Assembly: GCA_964016885.1 (NCBI GenBank)
Contig: OZ024750.1
Location: 22,568,001-22,632,000 of the forward strand
DNA: 64,000 nucleotides
Direction: 5' to 3'
Source of the DNA: Eledone cirrhosa
Taxonomy: Eukaryota
Shown one piece after another: positions 29,368-43,336 of this stretch. The position numbers and the translations under genes are program-made. The notes under the pieces were generated by a model, which saw nothing but the letters and a program-made list of their open reading frames with translations, ran no database searches and was not told where the DNA came from. Every line of letters begins with the position of its first letter. The first letter of the stretch is position 1.

Positions 29368-29440
29368 ACCCTTCGGGGAGGATTGAACTCACGGTCCCCT
29401 GTTTAAAAGACTAGTGCTTTAACCACCGAACTATGGAGGC
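29368..29440 (-). pseudogene. tRNA pseudogene, Thr(TGT)-like body with TTT at the anticodon position
   Basis: 73 nt GCCTCCATAGTTCGGTGGTTAAAGCACTAGTCTTTTAAACAGGGGACCGTGAGTTCAATCCTCCCCGAAGGGT with A box, B box (GTTCAATCC) and a T5 terminator downstream (29350-29354). Three mismatches in the acceptor stem, plus mismatches in the anticodon and T stems. Confidence 0.7.
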
Positions 29441-31164
29441 ATCTGTGTGTGTATAGTTAATGAATTGCGTATTAATATAAGAAGGTAATGTAGTAGTGTA
29501 ATAAATGTTAACAGCAGTATGTAGTGAAAGTAAAGAGGTGAACTCGAAAGGGGGAGATAATTTCGTTGAAGTCTGCTGTTTGGCGGGAATATATTAGTTG
29601 TTTATGTGTGCAACTGACAAAAGGGGTAATTAGTTAGAAACTGGTTAAATTAGAATTGTGTAAGATGATCCTATTCAGGCTGGGAAGCTCGTATTACTGT
29701 CTGTGTAGAAAACTAATTAAGAAAGTAAATAGGAATTTATATCCTATTAGAAAAAAAAAAAAAAAATGAATGCTTCATCTTCAATGGAGGGATGACTCAA
29801 GAAGAATAATAATTAGGTTACGGGTGATAGTTATTTCAGTGACTGGAGGGGATAGGAAACTACTATAAACATGTGTTGCTAAACTACTACTACTACTACT
29901 ACTACTATATGAGTTATTTTTATAGTGGTTGTTGAATGAGGGAACGTATTGTAAAAAATGTGTTGCTAATACTAGGGAGTATTATAAGGGTGAAGTGTAG
30001 TGAGAAATTGAAACAGAAAACCGGCAAAGAGTATGATGAAACGTTCTGAAAGTAGTTAGATAATTATAATTAAATAATTTCATAATTATAATTATAATTA
30101 AATGATTTTAATATATAAATATGGTTTACATATAGATTGTTTGTTTAAAATGTATATGTTTCCAATCTTTTATGTATACAGAAAGAAATGTTTTCAAAGT
30201 TTTTATTAATATTTTTATTTTTTGTAAATAAGATGGCTAAGCTTTCAGTTTTGCATAAATTACAATATCTTTCGTCCCTTGTATATGACTGAGCTCTAAA
30301 CAAAATACTCCGTTTTTGATTCTAATTAAAATTTTCAATTTTCAAAGCCCATATGAATCGAAATAAGGATATTCCATTACTTTTATTGAGATCTAACGCA
30401 TTCAGATAATTTAAAAAGAGCTGAGTCATATTTTATTTACTATTTATGAGTTCTACAATAAGTAAATGTACTGATTACCTAATTGACACAAAGCAACACA
30501 TTAGTAGGTGATGACTGGTTAGAACTAAAGGATTCGGCAAAAATACATTATTTTGAGACCGTTCCGAGAGCAAAGTGGAACACAGGGATTTAAACATGCA
30601 ACGTTAATGAACAAAGTAAAAAACATTGATAAGGCGTTTAGTCCGACTTTCTGTCGTGTCTAACACTACATTGGATTCACTTCAAAGGAAATCAGTATTT
30701 CATAACTTGCAGGGGCGTATAACGACTCAGATAGAATACTCTGAATGTGTGTTTCTGCCTAACGCCTTGTTTAATGTACTATGCTATATATAATATAAGT
30801 ATTCAGACTAAAATGAAAGAGAATTTGTTCAGCTTTTTCTTCTTTATTGGAGTTTGAAGCAATTAATTCTACTTGGTGGTTTCTTGACTCATAAACGATG
30901 CGTGTCACTCTCTACACCACGCCTGAATAGACACCAATAATATGGACAGTTATATAAACAGCAATTGCTCCAAACAAAAACCCTTCCGCTTGAGACGGAA
31001 TTTAGAAATGTTATATTATTAACAGAACAGTTATTTTATAATGCAGAAACTGGTTGACTTCAAATCAAACGTCTTGTTAGACAGTACATAATTGTGTGAC
31101 TGAGGGTGATTGTGCAGATTCGGGGGTATATTGGTCAGCTCTGAGCAAACAAACCTTCGTTTGG

Positions 31165-31228
31165 ATTCTTTCTTCTTTCTTTTTCTTCTTTCTTCTTTCT
31201 TCTTTCTTCTTTCTTCTTTCTTCTTTCT

Positions 31229-31261
<33 letters not shown>

Positions 31262-31520
31262 TTTTTCTTTTTCTTTTTCTTTTTCTTTTTCTTTTTCTTT
31301 TTCTTTTTCTTTTCTTTTTCTTTTTCTTTTTCTTTTTCTTTTTCTTTTTCTTTTTCTTTTTCTTCTTCTTCTTCTTCTTCTTCTTCTTTTTCTTTTTTCT
31401 TTTTCTTTTTCTTTTTCTTTTTCTTTTTCTTTTTCTTTTTCTTTTTTTTTTTCTTCTTCTTCTTCTTCTTCTTCTTCTTCTTCTTCTTCTTCTTCTTCTT
31501 CTTCTTCTTCTTCTTCTTGT
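31165..31520. repeat. Polypyrimidine tract (TTC)n/(TTTC)n/(TTTTTC)n
   Basis: About 350 bp of C/T only. Confidence 0.95.
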
Positions 31521-32831
31521 CGTTGTCGTTTAGCGCAAAGCTAGCTCTGTGCAAGCAGATCTTTGGTACGCAGACTTCTTGTTGTTCAGCTTCAGGTCAG
31601 TTCTGGTGTGTAGATAGTAATTTGATTTTGTTGTTTAGTCCTAGGTCAGTCCTGATTTAATGTTACTTTTGTTGTGACTGATTTTAAGCCTTGTGAGTGA
31701 TATTGGGTTGGCGGAAACTGTATGAAAGCTCTGTAATTCAAAGGTCCAGCTTTAGCACATATTGTATCCCGCTGATTCCACTTGGGAATTACGTTAAGAG
31801 TACATGTGTCTGTGGAATACTCAACCTCTTACAAGTTAATTCAGGAGTTCAATGTTCAGTTGATTGAACAACTGAATACTCATCGTCGAAACCGACGGAG
31901 AATCTATGATGTACAAGTGAAAATTATGCGCCACCGTCACCACCTTCATAACAACAGCCATGCTTGTACATGTGAAAATTATGAACCGACACCATCAACA
32001 CTTTCACCTTCATAATAATAACCATAGTTGTACATGTAAAAATTATACCCCCCCCCCACCATCACCATCACCACCACCATCACCATCACCATATCACATT
32101 CATAACAACAAACCTGCCTCTACATGTGGTTATTATCCCACCACCACCACCACCACCACTACCACTACTACACTCTTAACAACAACCATACCTGTACATG
32201 TGAAAATTATTCCACCATCAACCTCCACAACACCACCACCACCACCACCATCACCCCTACCACCACCACTACCACACTCTTAACAACAACCATACCTGTA
32301 CATGTGAAAATTATTCCACCATCAACCTCCACAACACCACCACCACCACCACCACCACCACTACCACCACCATCACCACCACCACCAATACCACCACTAC
32401 CACCACCACTACCACCACCATCACCACCACTATCACCACTACCACCACCACCACCACCACCACCACCACCACTATCACCACCATACCACCTTCATTACAA
32501 CAACACGAGTTGCACGTTCAACTGATCGAACAACTGAACTGAAACCTCATCGTTGAAATTGACGGAAGAACTGTGATCAACGTGCAATATGTAAGGAGAG
32601 TGTTATTTCAGTTGTTTTGTGGTTTATCATGGATCCACATCACTGCCAATTATTTACAAGCTTGTTTATCATTATTTGTATATTTTCTTGTTTAATTGCT
32701 TAACGGTGGTTGTTTGTGTGTGACGTTCAAAGTTGTATCAGGGATTTTCTTTCATCAGGTTCGCTATTTCCGTTGTGTTATTTGGGTTATATTTGTTTAT
32801 GTTGCCTCGTGGGTATAATTTTCATAGTTTT

Positions 32832-32871
<40 letters not shown>

Positions 32872-32895
32872 CACACACACACATATATATATTTT

Positions 32896-32926
<31 letters not shown>

Positions 32927-33038
32927 ACGCACACACAGACACGCGTATGTGTGCATGTACGTAAACTATATCAACTGTCTGTCAGAGAAATCATTTAAAT
33001 GCCTGACTGTTGAATAATATTTCTCTCTCCCTCTCTCC

Positions 33039-33116
<78 letters not shown>

Positions 33117-33354
33117 TAAAGGATGATAATACAGATTAGCACCTTTTAATAGTTTCGCTATTCGTTTGACATCTAACTTTTAATAATACATTCTTTGAGC
33201 TTCACATTTACCTACAACTGTTTGACGTAAAGAATTTTTTTTATTTAATCTTAAAAGGATTTTCCAGTAACAAATACTAATTTTCAATTGCACTTATCTA
33301 CACCACATCTTTTAAAATTAAAAATTTTAGAAAATAAATTAAAATGAGCCGATC

Positions 33355-33615
33355 ATCAGTTTCGACAAAGGAAACATTTCTTCCATTGGTCTTTCCATTG
33401 TTAATACTATATATAAGCTGGTCGTCGATCGAACCATAGAAACAATGTTTCCATTGGTCTTTCCCTTGCTGATATTAACTGCTGGTCGTCAGATCGGACT
33501 AAGGAAACAATGTTTCCATTGGTCTTTCCATTGTTGATATCTGGTGGTCGTTTGATGGGACCATAGAAACAATGTTTTCATTATTCTTTCCATTGCTGAT
33601 AATATCTGGTAGTCA
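33355..33615. repeat. Four tandem copies (about 63 bp) of a SINE-tail module also at 26720-26775, 44255-44315 and 60990-61050
   Basis: GATCGGACC..GAAACAATGTTTCCATTGGTCTTTCCATTG(C/T)T(G/A)ATA. Confidence 0.7.
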
Positions 33616-33749
33616 CAACTTCTGTCAAGTTTATAAGAAAAATGAAAATAAATAAAATAATTTTAACAAAACGTTTTAAAGTCTGTGAACAGAATAAAAT
33701 ATGATCTTTTTGAGAACTATTTTGCCGAGGGTACCAGTATGCAACTTTG

Positions 33750-33787
<38 letters not shown>

Positions 33788-33835
33788 AATAAGTGTAAAT
33801 CAAAAGGTTAAAATTAACTTCGTTTAAGCTTATTC

Positions 33836-33894
33836 GCTGTTATATATATTTCGGTGATAACTATTATCTAACAGCTACGACCTCATCAGATAGC
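33836..33894 (-). ncRNA. Type I hammerhead ribozyme motif in a (TA)n-flanked element (about 33785-34010)
   Basis: Minus strand reads GCTAT CTGATGA GGTCGTAGCTGTT-AGAT-AATAGTTATCACC GAA ATATATAT A ACAGC. Confidence 0.75.
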
Positions 33895-34243
33895 TAGAAC
33901 TTGAACAGAAAAAACAGAAAATCATAATGATGGACCAAAGTTTACCTCTGTTATTTCGGTCTTTTGATATGCCCGAAATATGGTGTTGTTTTCTCAAAGA
34001 ACTGGTGGCATATATATATATATAGTGAAAAAAAGTGTGGATGTCAGAAAAACGTTCTATACAGATCACGTTATATAAGGAAAAAGATAATAAAAAGGTG
34101 GTTCGAAAAGGAACTTTATAACATGTACAAATGATTGCTTTCTCTTACGTTTTCAAACACATACATTTCTTGAGTTGTTCTTTCGGTAAAAACCCTGAAT
34201 GCTGTTTTTCGATCGCATGGTTTGGGTTACACACACCCCCCCC

Positions 34244-34292
<49 letters not shown>

Positions 34293-34676
34293 CAGTTCGA
34301 AATATTGCCTACATTTCACATTTGATTTTGGCCTATTACCAGCTACGCGGGCCCTGCATTTCACATCTGGCCTTGCTCTATTACTAGCTTTAGTGGTCTA
34401 TATTTCACATTTGACTTGGGCGTATTAGCAGTTTAATAAGAGGCCTGTGTATAGCTATTATAGATAATTCTGTAAAACAAAAACGAAAAAAGTGGAATTA
34501 TCTAGATGAAAAGCGAAGCTGTTGGGAAAGTGTAGGAAAGTGTACCAAGTATAGGAAAGTGTACCAAGTGTTTATTAAAGTAGCGTTTGTTATATTCGAC
34601 CATAAATAAAACCGTATTATCGGTGTCCTAGTGAGATAATAAGTCTGGGTTGGTTTTTCATTGGTGTATTTGGACG

Positions 34677-34726
<50 letters not shown>

Positions 34727-35349
34727 AAGAAAAAGTGATTCAGATAATGTTAAAATTAGCTTTAGATAAAAATTTAGATGTCTAGTGTGTGTCTGTGTGT
34801 GTGTGTGTGTGTGTATGTGTGTGTGTGTGTGCATAAGCGAGATGGGTGGAGAAGATAAAAGTTAAAGTTCTGGAGTGTGAAAGTGTGTGATATACACACA
34901 TATATATATACACACACACACATTATATATATATATATTGAGAGAGAGAGAGAGAGAGTGTGTGTGTGTGTGTTTGTGGAGAGATAGATAGAAATATGGT
35001 TCAAAAGAAATATAGGTGGAACCAGATAAAACGAAATGAGTGTAACAAATAAATGAAAGAAGCCACGTAAAAAGGTAGAAAAACGATTAAAACTAAATTT
35101 TAATAAATTACAAAAATAAAAAGTGTGTGTTTGTTACTGTTTAGTCAGTGAGGGAAAGGCAGGGCCGATTCCCCTTTCGGTTCTCTGAGACTAGTAGGAA
35201 GGAAAAGAGGATGATATCCTCAAACCAGGCACCTGATTCGAATGTTTGCAACAGGTTGGACTCTACTAAAGGTACCCAAGGGCCAAGTAGTAGTGTTAAA
35301 TTGGGTGATGTATTATATCTACCGCCCTAGTAGACTCTACTAAAGGTGC

Positions 35350-36495
35350 CCAAGGGCCATGTGGTGGAGTTAAGCTGGATAACAAGGACTAGGTGGTGGA
35401 GTTAAACTGGATAACAAGGACCATGTGGTGGAGTTAAACTGGATAACAAGGACTAGGTGGTGGAGTAAAGCTAGATAACAAGGGCCAGGCGGTGGTGTTA
35501 GACTAGATAACAAGGACCATGTGGTGGAGTTAAACTGGATAACAAGGACCAGGTGGTGGTGTTAGACTAGATAACAAGGACCATGTGGTGGAGTAAAGCT
35601 AGATAACAAGGGCCAGGCGGTGGTGTTAGACTAGATAACAAGGACCAGGTGGTGGAGTTAAACTGGATAACAAGGACCAGGTGGTGGAGTTAAACTGGAT
35701 AACAAGGACCATGTGGTGGAGTTAAACTGGATAACAAGGACCAGGTGGTGGTGTTAGACTAGATAACAAGGACCAGGTGGTGGTGTTAGACTAGATAACA
35801 AGGACCAGGCGGTGGTGTTAGACTAGATAACAAGGGCCAGGCGGTGGTGTTAGACTAGATAACAAGGACCAGGTGGTGGTGTTAGACTAGATAACAAGGA
35901 CCATGTGGTGGAGTTAAACTGGATAACAAGGACCAGGTGGTGGAGTAAAGCTAGATAACAAGGACCAGGTGGTGGTGTTAGACTGGATAACAAGGGCCAG
36001 GTGGTGGTGTTAGACTGGATAACAAGGGCCAGGCGGTGGTGTTAGACTAGATAACAAGGACCAGGTGGTGGTGTTAGACTGGATAACAAGGGCCAGGCGG
36101 TGGTGTTAGACTAGATAACAAGGACCAGGTGGTGGTATTAGACTAGATAACAAGGACCAGGTGGTGGTGTTAGACTAGATAACAAGGACCAGGTGGTGGG
36201 GTTAAGCTAGATAACAAGGGCCAGGCGGTGGTGTTAGACTAGATAACAAGGACCAGGTGGTGGTGTTAGACTGGATAACAAGGGCCAGGTGGTGGTGTTA
36301 GACTGGATAACAAGGGCCAGGCGGTGGTGTTAGACTAGATAACAAGGACCAGGTGGTGGTGTTAGACTGGATAACAAGGGCCAGGCGGTGGTGTTAGACT
36401 AGATAACAAGGACCAGGTGGTGGGGTTAAGCTAGATAACAAGGGCCAGGCGGTGGTGTTAGACTAGATAACAAGGGCCAGGTGGTGGTGTTAATC
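35350..36495. repeat. 32-bp minisatellite (about 35 copies)
   Basis: Unit GG(A/G)CCAGG(T/C)GGTGG(T/A)GTTAGACT(A/G)GATAACAA. Confidence 0.9.
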
Positions 36496-37028
36496 TGAGC
36501 GACCGATTGAAACCAGCCAAGCTGGCTACGATGAGATTTGTACTTAGAACACAAAGAGCCGGAACAAAGGCCGCTAAATATCTTGTCCGACACTCTAACG
36601 ATTTCTCCTCAGACTCATACTATATTTATCAATCCCTGGAGATTGATAAGAGAGAAGTGAAACTAACACAGGTCGATAAGTGGGAAAAAGTTAGCAGAAA
36701 TGAGTAACTTTTAAAATTCAAAAAGCTTAAAATAGTCACAACTAGTCTTTTTATATGTTTATTAATGTTTACTGTATATGGGTCCATACAAAAGTGGATT
36801 AAGTCTGCATGGGATCCCTGTTTGAAAATATCATCGGGACCCTTCCATCAAACTGTATCGGCAGAGGGTCAGACGCCAGGCTTTGCAGCATAGAGTTACG
36901 ACCCTTTACGGTCTGAGTTCAAATCCCGCTGAGTTTAACTTTGCCTTTCATCCTTTCATCCTCGTAACTTTTGAACTTTTTTTCTTTAGTTTTCTCTTAA
37001 TCTAGTATCATTTTATCTATCAATACAA

Positions 37029-37096
<68 letters not shown>

Positions 37097-37904
37097 TACG
37101 CTCTTATATATGCATGCATGAACATCCGACAGCTATCGGTAGAGGGTCGGACACTATGATTTACAGCATAGTTATGTCCCTTTACGATCTGAGTTCAAAT
37201 CCCTTTGAGGTTAACTTTGCCTTTCATCCTTACGGGGTCGATAAAATAAAGTACCAGTAATGCACTGGGTAATTGCTGGCCTTGTGCCAAAAGTAGAAAC
37301 AATTATTTCCCCAATGGCGGTTTTTTGTTTGCATAAAAAAAATGGATGTATTTCTTGTTTCTGAAAACTATTTTTTTTTTTTTCAAATTGCGCAATGACT
37401 GCATTGGTATGTGTGAGTGCGTGTGTGTGTGTGTGTGTGTGAGTGCGCGCGTGTGTGTGTGTGTGTGTGTGTATGGGTGTACGTGTGTGTGTGTGTGTGT
37501 ATGGGTGTACGTGTGAGTGTGTGTGCGTGTGTATGTGTATGGGTGTACGTGTGAGTGTGTGTGCGTGTGTGTGTGTGTGAGTGCGCGCGCGTGTGTGTGT
37601 GTGTGTATGGGTGTACGTGTGAGTGTGTGTGCGTGTGTGTATGCGTATGCGTGTGTTTGTGAGTGCATGCGTGTGTGTGTTTTTGTGTGCAAGTGTGTGT
37701 GTGTACACATGCATGTATTTATACAAATATATATATACACACATATTGATACACACATACACACACAAACACACATGTATAGGCAAGGAATTTTGGGTAT
37801 ATCGCCAAGTGGAGAGACTGTATTGAGTACTGCCATCTGTCAGTAACTTCGATGTATATCTTTCTCTCCTCCTCCTTACATACATACACATCTCTCACTC
37901 TCTC

Positions 37905-37948
<44 letters not shown>

Positions 37949-38010
37949 TGTCTCTCTCTCTCTTGCCACATTAAACCCACCCATAGAACCACGGTGTTTA
38001 TTAAGGATTA

Positions 38011-38054
<44 letters not shown>

Positions 38055-38066
38055 ACACACACACAG

Positions 38067-38105
<39 letters not shown>

Positions 38106-38264
38106 CATACATGCACGCATACTTACATGTATGCATACATATATTCATACATACATTCATACATTCATGCATACACAGACATACATACACATATACATAC
38201 ATATGTACATAAACGCATTCATACACGCCTCCCCCCATATATATATATATATACACATAAACCC

Positions 38265-38299
<35 letters not shown>

Positions 38300-38529
38300 T
38301 CTCCCTCTCCAAACTAGCCCCCCCCCCCCCCCGAACCACCGCAGTGCTTAGTAAGCAGGACTGCCCCACTTGGCACCATTCCTATCCAATTCCTAATGAA
38401 CGACATCACAGTAGAATATCTTCTAGATCTTTCTATAAACACTGCTGCAGACTTATCTAAACAAATCGACTTTTACTATTATAATTTTTTTTTAAATTAT
38501 TTCATAATTATTTTCAACGTGCGATCGCA

Positions 38530-38896
38530 TGCACTCATACACACACACACACACACACACAAACTACCACCATAACACACTTACACACACACATACAAAC
38601 TACCACCTACACACACACACTCACACACTCACACACACACAAACTACCTACACACACTCACACACACACATACAAACTACCACCTACACACACTCACACA
38701 CTCACACACACACACAAACTCCCTACACACATACACTCACACACACGTGCAAACTACCTACACACACAAACTACCTACACACACTCACACACACACACAA
38801 ACTACCTACACACACACACAAACTCCCTACACACACACACTCACACACACACACACACTCACACACACATGCAAACTACCTACACACACAAACTAC

Positions 38897-38935
<39 letters not shown>

Positions 38936-39300
38936 CTACACACACACACTCACACACACACACACAAACTCCCTACACACACACTCACACACACATGCAC
39001 ACTACCTACACACACTCACACACACACACAAACTACCTACACACACACACTCACACATACAAACTACCTACACACACAAACTACCTACACACACTCACAC
39101 ACACACACAAACTACCTACACACACACACTCACACATACAAACTACCTACACACATAAACTACCTACACACACACACACACACATACAAACTACCTACAC
39201 ACACTCAAACACTCACACACACATACAAACTACCTACACACACTCAAACACTCACACACAAACTACCTACCAACACTCACTCACACACACATACACACAC
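38530..39300. repeat. Compound (CA)n microsatellite punctuated by AAACTACCTA
   Basis: Direct inspection. Confidence 0.9.
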
Positions 39301-39451
39301 AACGCATGCACAGAAATATATAGATATACAGAGACATGCACATATGCTGACATACACACATATATATCTAGCTTGTTATATCCACCGCCTATAACAGCGT
39401 CTGTCCTGTAGTTAATCATGTAAGAGTAAGAATGGTAGGGACATAGCTACC

Positions 39452-39531
<80 letters not shown>

Positions 39532-39555
39532 TATGTATGTATGTATATATGTATA

Positions 39556-39589
<34 letters not shown>

Positions 39590-39595
<6 letters not shown>

Positions 39596-40043
39596 TTAAA
39601 TAAATGGAAACTATATTTATAAAACCATATTTATTTCGTTATATATATTTCAGGGATATCATATTAACAATATGTTATGCCTTCTTCAGACAAAATACAA
39701 TATAAACAGTCTTATAAATAAATAGATACGACATACCTTTCAATCACCTTGCATTTGGGAGGTTGATTTGCCAAATCAACCTCCCAAATGCAAGGTGATT
39801 GAAAGGTATGTCGTATCTATTTATTTATAAGACTGTTTATATTGTATTTTGTCTGAAGAAGGCATAACATATTGTTAATATGATATCCCTGAAATATATA
39901 TAACGAAATAAATATGGTTTTATAAATATAGTTTCCATTTATTTAATATCATAAATATACTCCAAATACTTGTTGAGTGCTTTTATATCAGTTATAAATA
40001 TTTACTCGTTGTTAACCCAACAATTTAAATATAACTTTCCATG
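39590..40043. mobile_element. Near-perfect palindrome (about 180-bp arms) plus tail, hammerhead-bearing, in (TA)n
   Basis: Centre at 39771 (gatttg-c-caaatc), arms 39590-39770 and 39772-39952, tail 39953-40043. Confidence 0.75.
39845..39910 (+). ncRNA. Type I hammerhead ribozyme motif (mirror copy on - at 39632-39697)
   Basis: Stem I TATTTTGT/ACGAAATA; core CTGAAGA 39853-39859; stem II AGGCATAACATATT-GTT-AATATGATATCCCT; GAAA 39891-39894; palindromic stem III ATATATAT; predicted cleavage after A39902. Confidence 0.8.
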
Positions 40044-40243
40044 TATATATATATATATATATATATATGCATACACAACTTGTGTGTTACTGAAGTGCTG
40101 GGAGTGTTTGAAATTTGAAAATGTGGGCATCCCAGATGCATAAAGTAATTGTAATAACAGTCGATCACTATAGATAATACTTAAGAAAATATGGGTATAT
40201 TACCCATAGATTGTAAAAAAATCTCACAGGGTCTCGTACGCAG

Positions 40244-40277
<34 letters not shown>

Positions 40278-40280
<3 letters not shown>

Positions 40281-40659
40281 AACTTGTTCCTATTACCCAC
40301 TCTACTACCCTAAGTATTGAGTACTTTGGTGCGTTATGGTCCACCTGGTTCCTTACCACATCTCCTTCGTTATATATATATATATATATATATACGAGTA
40401 GGACCCCGACGGCTGAGCTCAAGCTGTTTCGACTGCTAATTCTGGACTAAATGAAAATTGTTATCCTGGTATATGAAATTTTTATCCTGGTATATTCATA
40501 TACCAGGATAAAAATTTTCTTTAGTCCAGAATTAGCCGTCGAAACGGCTTGAGCTCAGCCGTCGGGGTCCTACTCGTTCCTATTACCCACTCTACTACCC
40601 TAGGTATTGAGTACTTTGGTGCGTTATGGTCCACCTGGTTCCTTACCACATTTCCTTCG

Positions 40660-40697
<38 letters not shown>

Positions 40698-40755
40698 CGA
40701 AGGAAATGTGGTAAGGAACCAGGTGGACCATAACGCACCAAAGTACTCAATACCT
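40278..40755. mobile_element. Cluster of direct and inverted fragments of the 1427-type (TA)n-targeting family
   Basis: Three pieces separated by (TA)n: 40278-40371, fold-back 40394-40661, inverted terminal piece 40696-40755. Confidence 0.7.
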
Positions 40756-41009
40756 ATATATATATATATATATATATAGGTATATATATATATACACATG
40801 AAAGGTGCACAGCGAAATATATATATATGCGTCTCTCCCTCTTTCAGGGCCCCAGCGACTGTTGATGGGGGGGGGGAGATAGGGAGGAATGTATACACAA
40901 ACCCGAGACCAGGTCCAAATGTCTGCAACAGAGGACTCCACGAAAAGACCTCAAGGACCGTGTGGTGTGTTATACCGAGTTACAGATTAAGGTTTCCAGC
41001 CAGTGGAGG

Positions 41010-41630
41010 AAATTGAGATTATGATGCACTGAAATGTAATAAAGGGAGATAAATGAGACGGCGGATCAGTAAAATGTACAAAAACAGGTAAATAAGACTG
41101 TGCCTCACTAAAATATATAAGGGGAGGTAAACGAAATCTTGGGATATTTAGGTGTATAGAGGAGGTAATTGTGATTGCGCTTAAATCTATAGGGGTGGTA
41201 AATGAGATTGTGTGGGACACTCAATATGTAGGGGAGATAACTAAGATCGTATTTTTATTTCTATTTCATGTTCCAGCCGACAGGCTGACGCCCTGCTGGG
41301 GCACCACCATTGTATGGGACACTGAAATGTATATAGGGGAGGTAACTGAGGTTGTGTGGGACACTTATTGTATATAGTGGAGGTAGCTGAGGTTATGTGG
41401 GACACTCAACTGTACAAGGGAGGTAACTGAGGTTCTGTGGGTCACTTATTGTATAGTGAAGGTAGCTGCGATTGTGTGGGACGTTCAGTTATACAGGGAG
41501 GTAACTGAGATTGTGTGGGAAACCCAAATCTATAAAGGGAAGTAATTGACACGATAGCACTAAAATGCATTGCCGAGATTAGATTATACAGGGGAGACAA
41601 ATGAAATTGTATAGGGCATAAATTAATGGG
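41010..41630 (+). repeat. Diverged tandem array, about 40-bp unit
   Basis: Core TATAGGGGAGGTAACTGAGATTGTGTGGGACACT. Confidence 0.7.
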
Positions 41631-41769
41631 ATAGGGCGGGGGCAAGAAATATGATTGTGGTAATCATACAACGAAAGAGCCAGTTCGTGAAAATAACGTC
41701 CACGTGACTGAGTATTTCACGGATACGTGTACCCATAATGTAGTTCTCAGTGATATTCAACTAGACACA

Positions 41770-41997
41770 TGGGGCGATCAAAAGCTGCTATGGCCAGATG
41801 GGGCTACAAGACCGGCCCAACCATCTGCGAATGCGGAGAGAAGGACCGTACGATGCAGCACTGCCTTGTTTGCCCTCTACTACCCAACCAGCGCAGCTTA
41901 AAAGAACTCGCAGAATTTAGTAATAATGCAAAGGACTGTGTAAAGAAATGGGAAACTGTCATATAACCACATGCTTTGAAGATAGGAAAAGAAGAAG
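41770..41997 (+). mobile_element. 5'-truncated Ingi/Vingi (I-group)-like LINE 3' end with TSD, inserted in a CORE-type SINE
   Basis: GRSKAAMARWGYKTGPTICECGEKDRTMQHCLVCPLL...ETVI* (C-x-C..H..C knuckle), (GAA)n tail, TSD AACTAGACACA at 41759-41769 and 41998-42008. Confidence 0.8.
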
Positions 41998-42318
41998 AAC
42001 TAGACACAGTGTGTGACAAAGCTGGCCTTTTTGAATTACAAGTACAACTCATTTTTCTTATCTGAATGGACTGAAGTAACGTAAAATAAAGTGGCTTGCT
42101 CTAGAGCGCAGCGTCCTGTCGGGAATTGAACTCATGACCTAGTGATTGTGAGTAGAACACACTAATCACTAGGTCACTCTCCTTCAACAATGTCACATAT
42201 ACTGAAAAAACCCAATAAAAACATTCTTAGCATTAGATATAAGTAGAAACTACGTAAGAGAAGAGAGAGAGAGAGAACAGAGAGAGAAGTAGAGAGAGAT
42301 AACTGAATACATATACAC

Positions 42319-42412
<94 letters not shown>

Positions 42413-42641
42413 CGAGAGGGAATTGGAAATGGTTATGTATGAATATACGCATGTATGTATGTGTGTGTATGTGTTTATGTTTGCATATGAGTGTGTGTGT
42501 ACATATTCTTTAGACATACATTAAGTTCCAAAGATGCCAACATTCTAGAAATGCTTTGTTCTCTTTGTCTGTGAATATATATCACCATAACTATATTTAG
42601 ACATTAACTCTTGATATATATATATACATACACACACACAC

Positions 42642-42705
<64 letters not shown>

Positions 42706-42708
<3 letters not shown>

Positions 42709-42921
42709 ATAATAATAAATTTGAAGACTTAAATCCAAAGAGGGATCGATAAGGATAAATATATATCAAATATATAAGAACCGTAGAGCAAATATTTATT
42801 AAAATAACAGATTAAAGTTTAAGCAAAGAATCGCTGCTTTCACCCTTAACAGAAGATTCCGTTAAGGGTGAAAGCAGCGATTCTTTGCTTAAACTTTAAT
42901 CTGTTATTTTAATAAATATTT
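42706..42921. repeat. Fold-back element with one-sided tail in (TA)n
   Basis: Perfect arms 42790-42850 and 42861-42921, tail 42706-42789. No complete hammerhead seen. Confidence 0.65.
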
Positions 42922-42924
42922 ATA

Positions 42925-43014
<90 letters not shown>

Positions 43015-43161
43015 AATCATTCTAAAGAATCAGGAATCATTGTAAAGAATGAAACAGTTCTAGTCCTGTAGAATCTCATCTATATTAAAACTTTTATACT
43101 CTGCAATGTATTGAGTACCTTACTTACTGTGGTTACCTCCGATTCAACCCGGAATAACGTA

Positions 43162-43241
<80 letters not shown>

Positions 43242-43263
43242 CATACTCATACACATACACACA

Positions 43264-43336
<73 letters not shown>

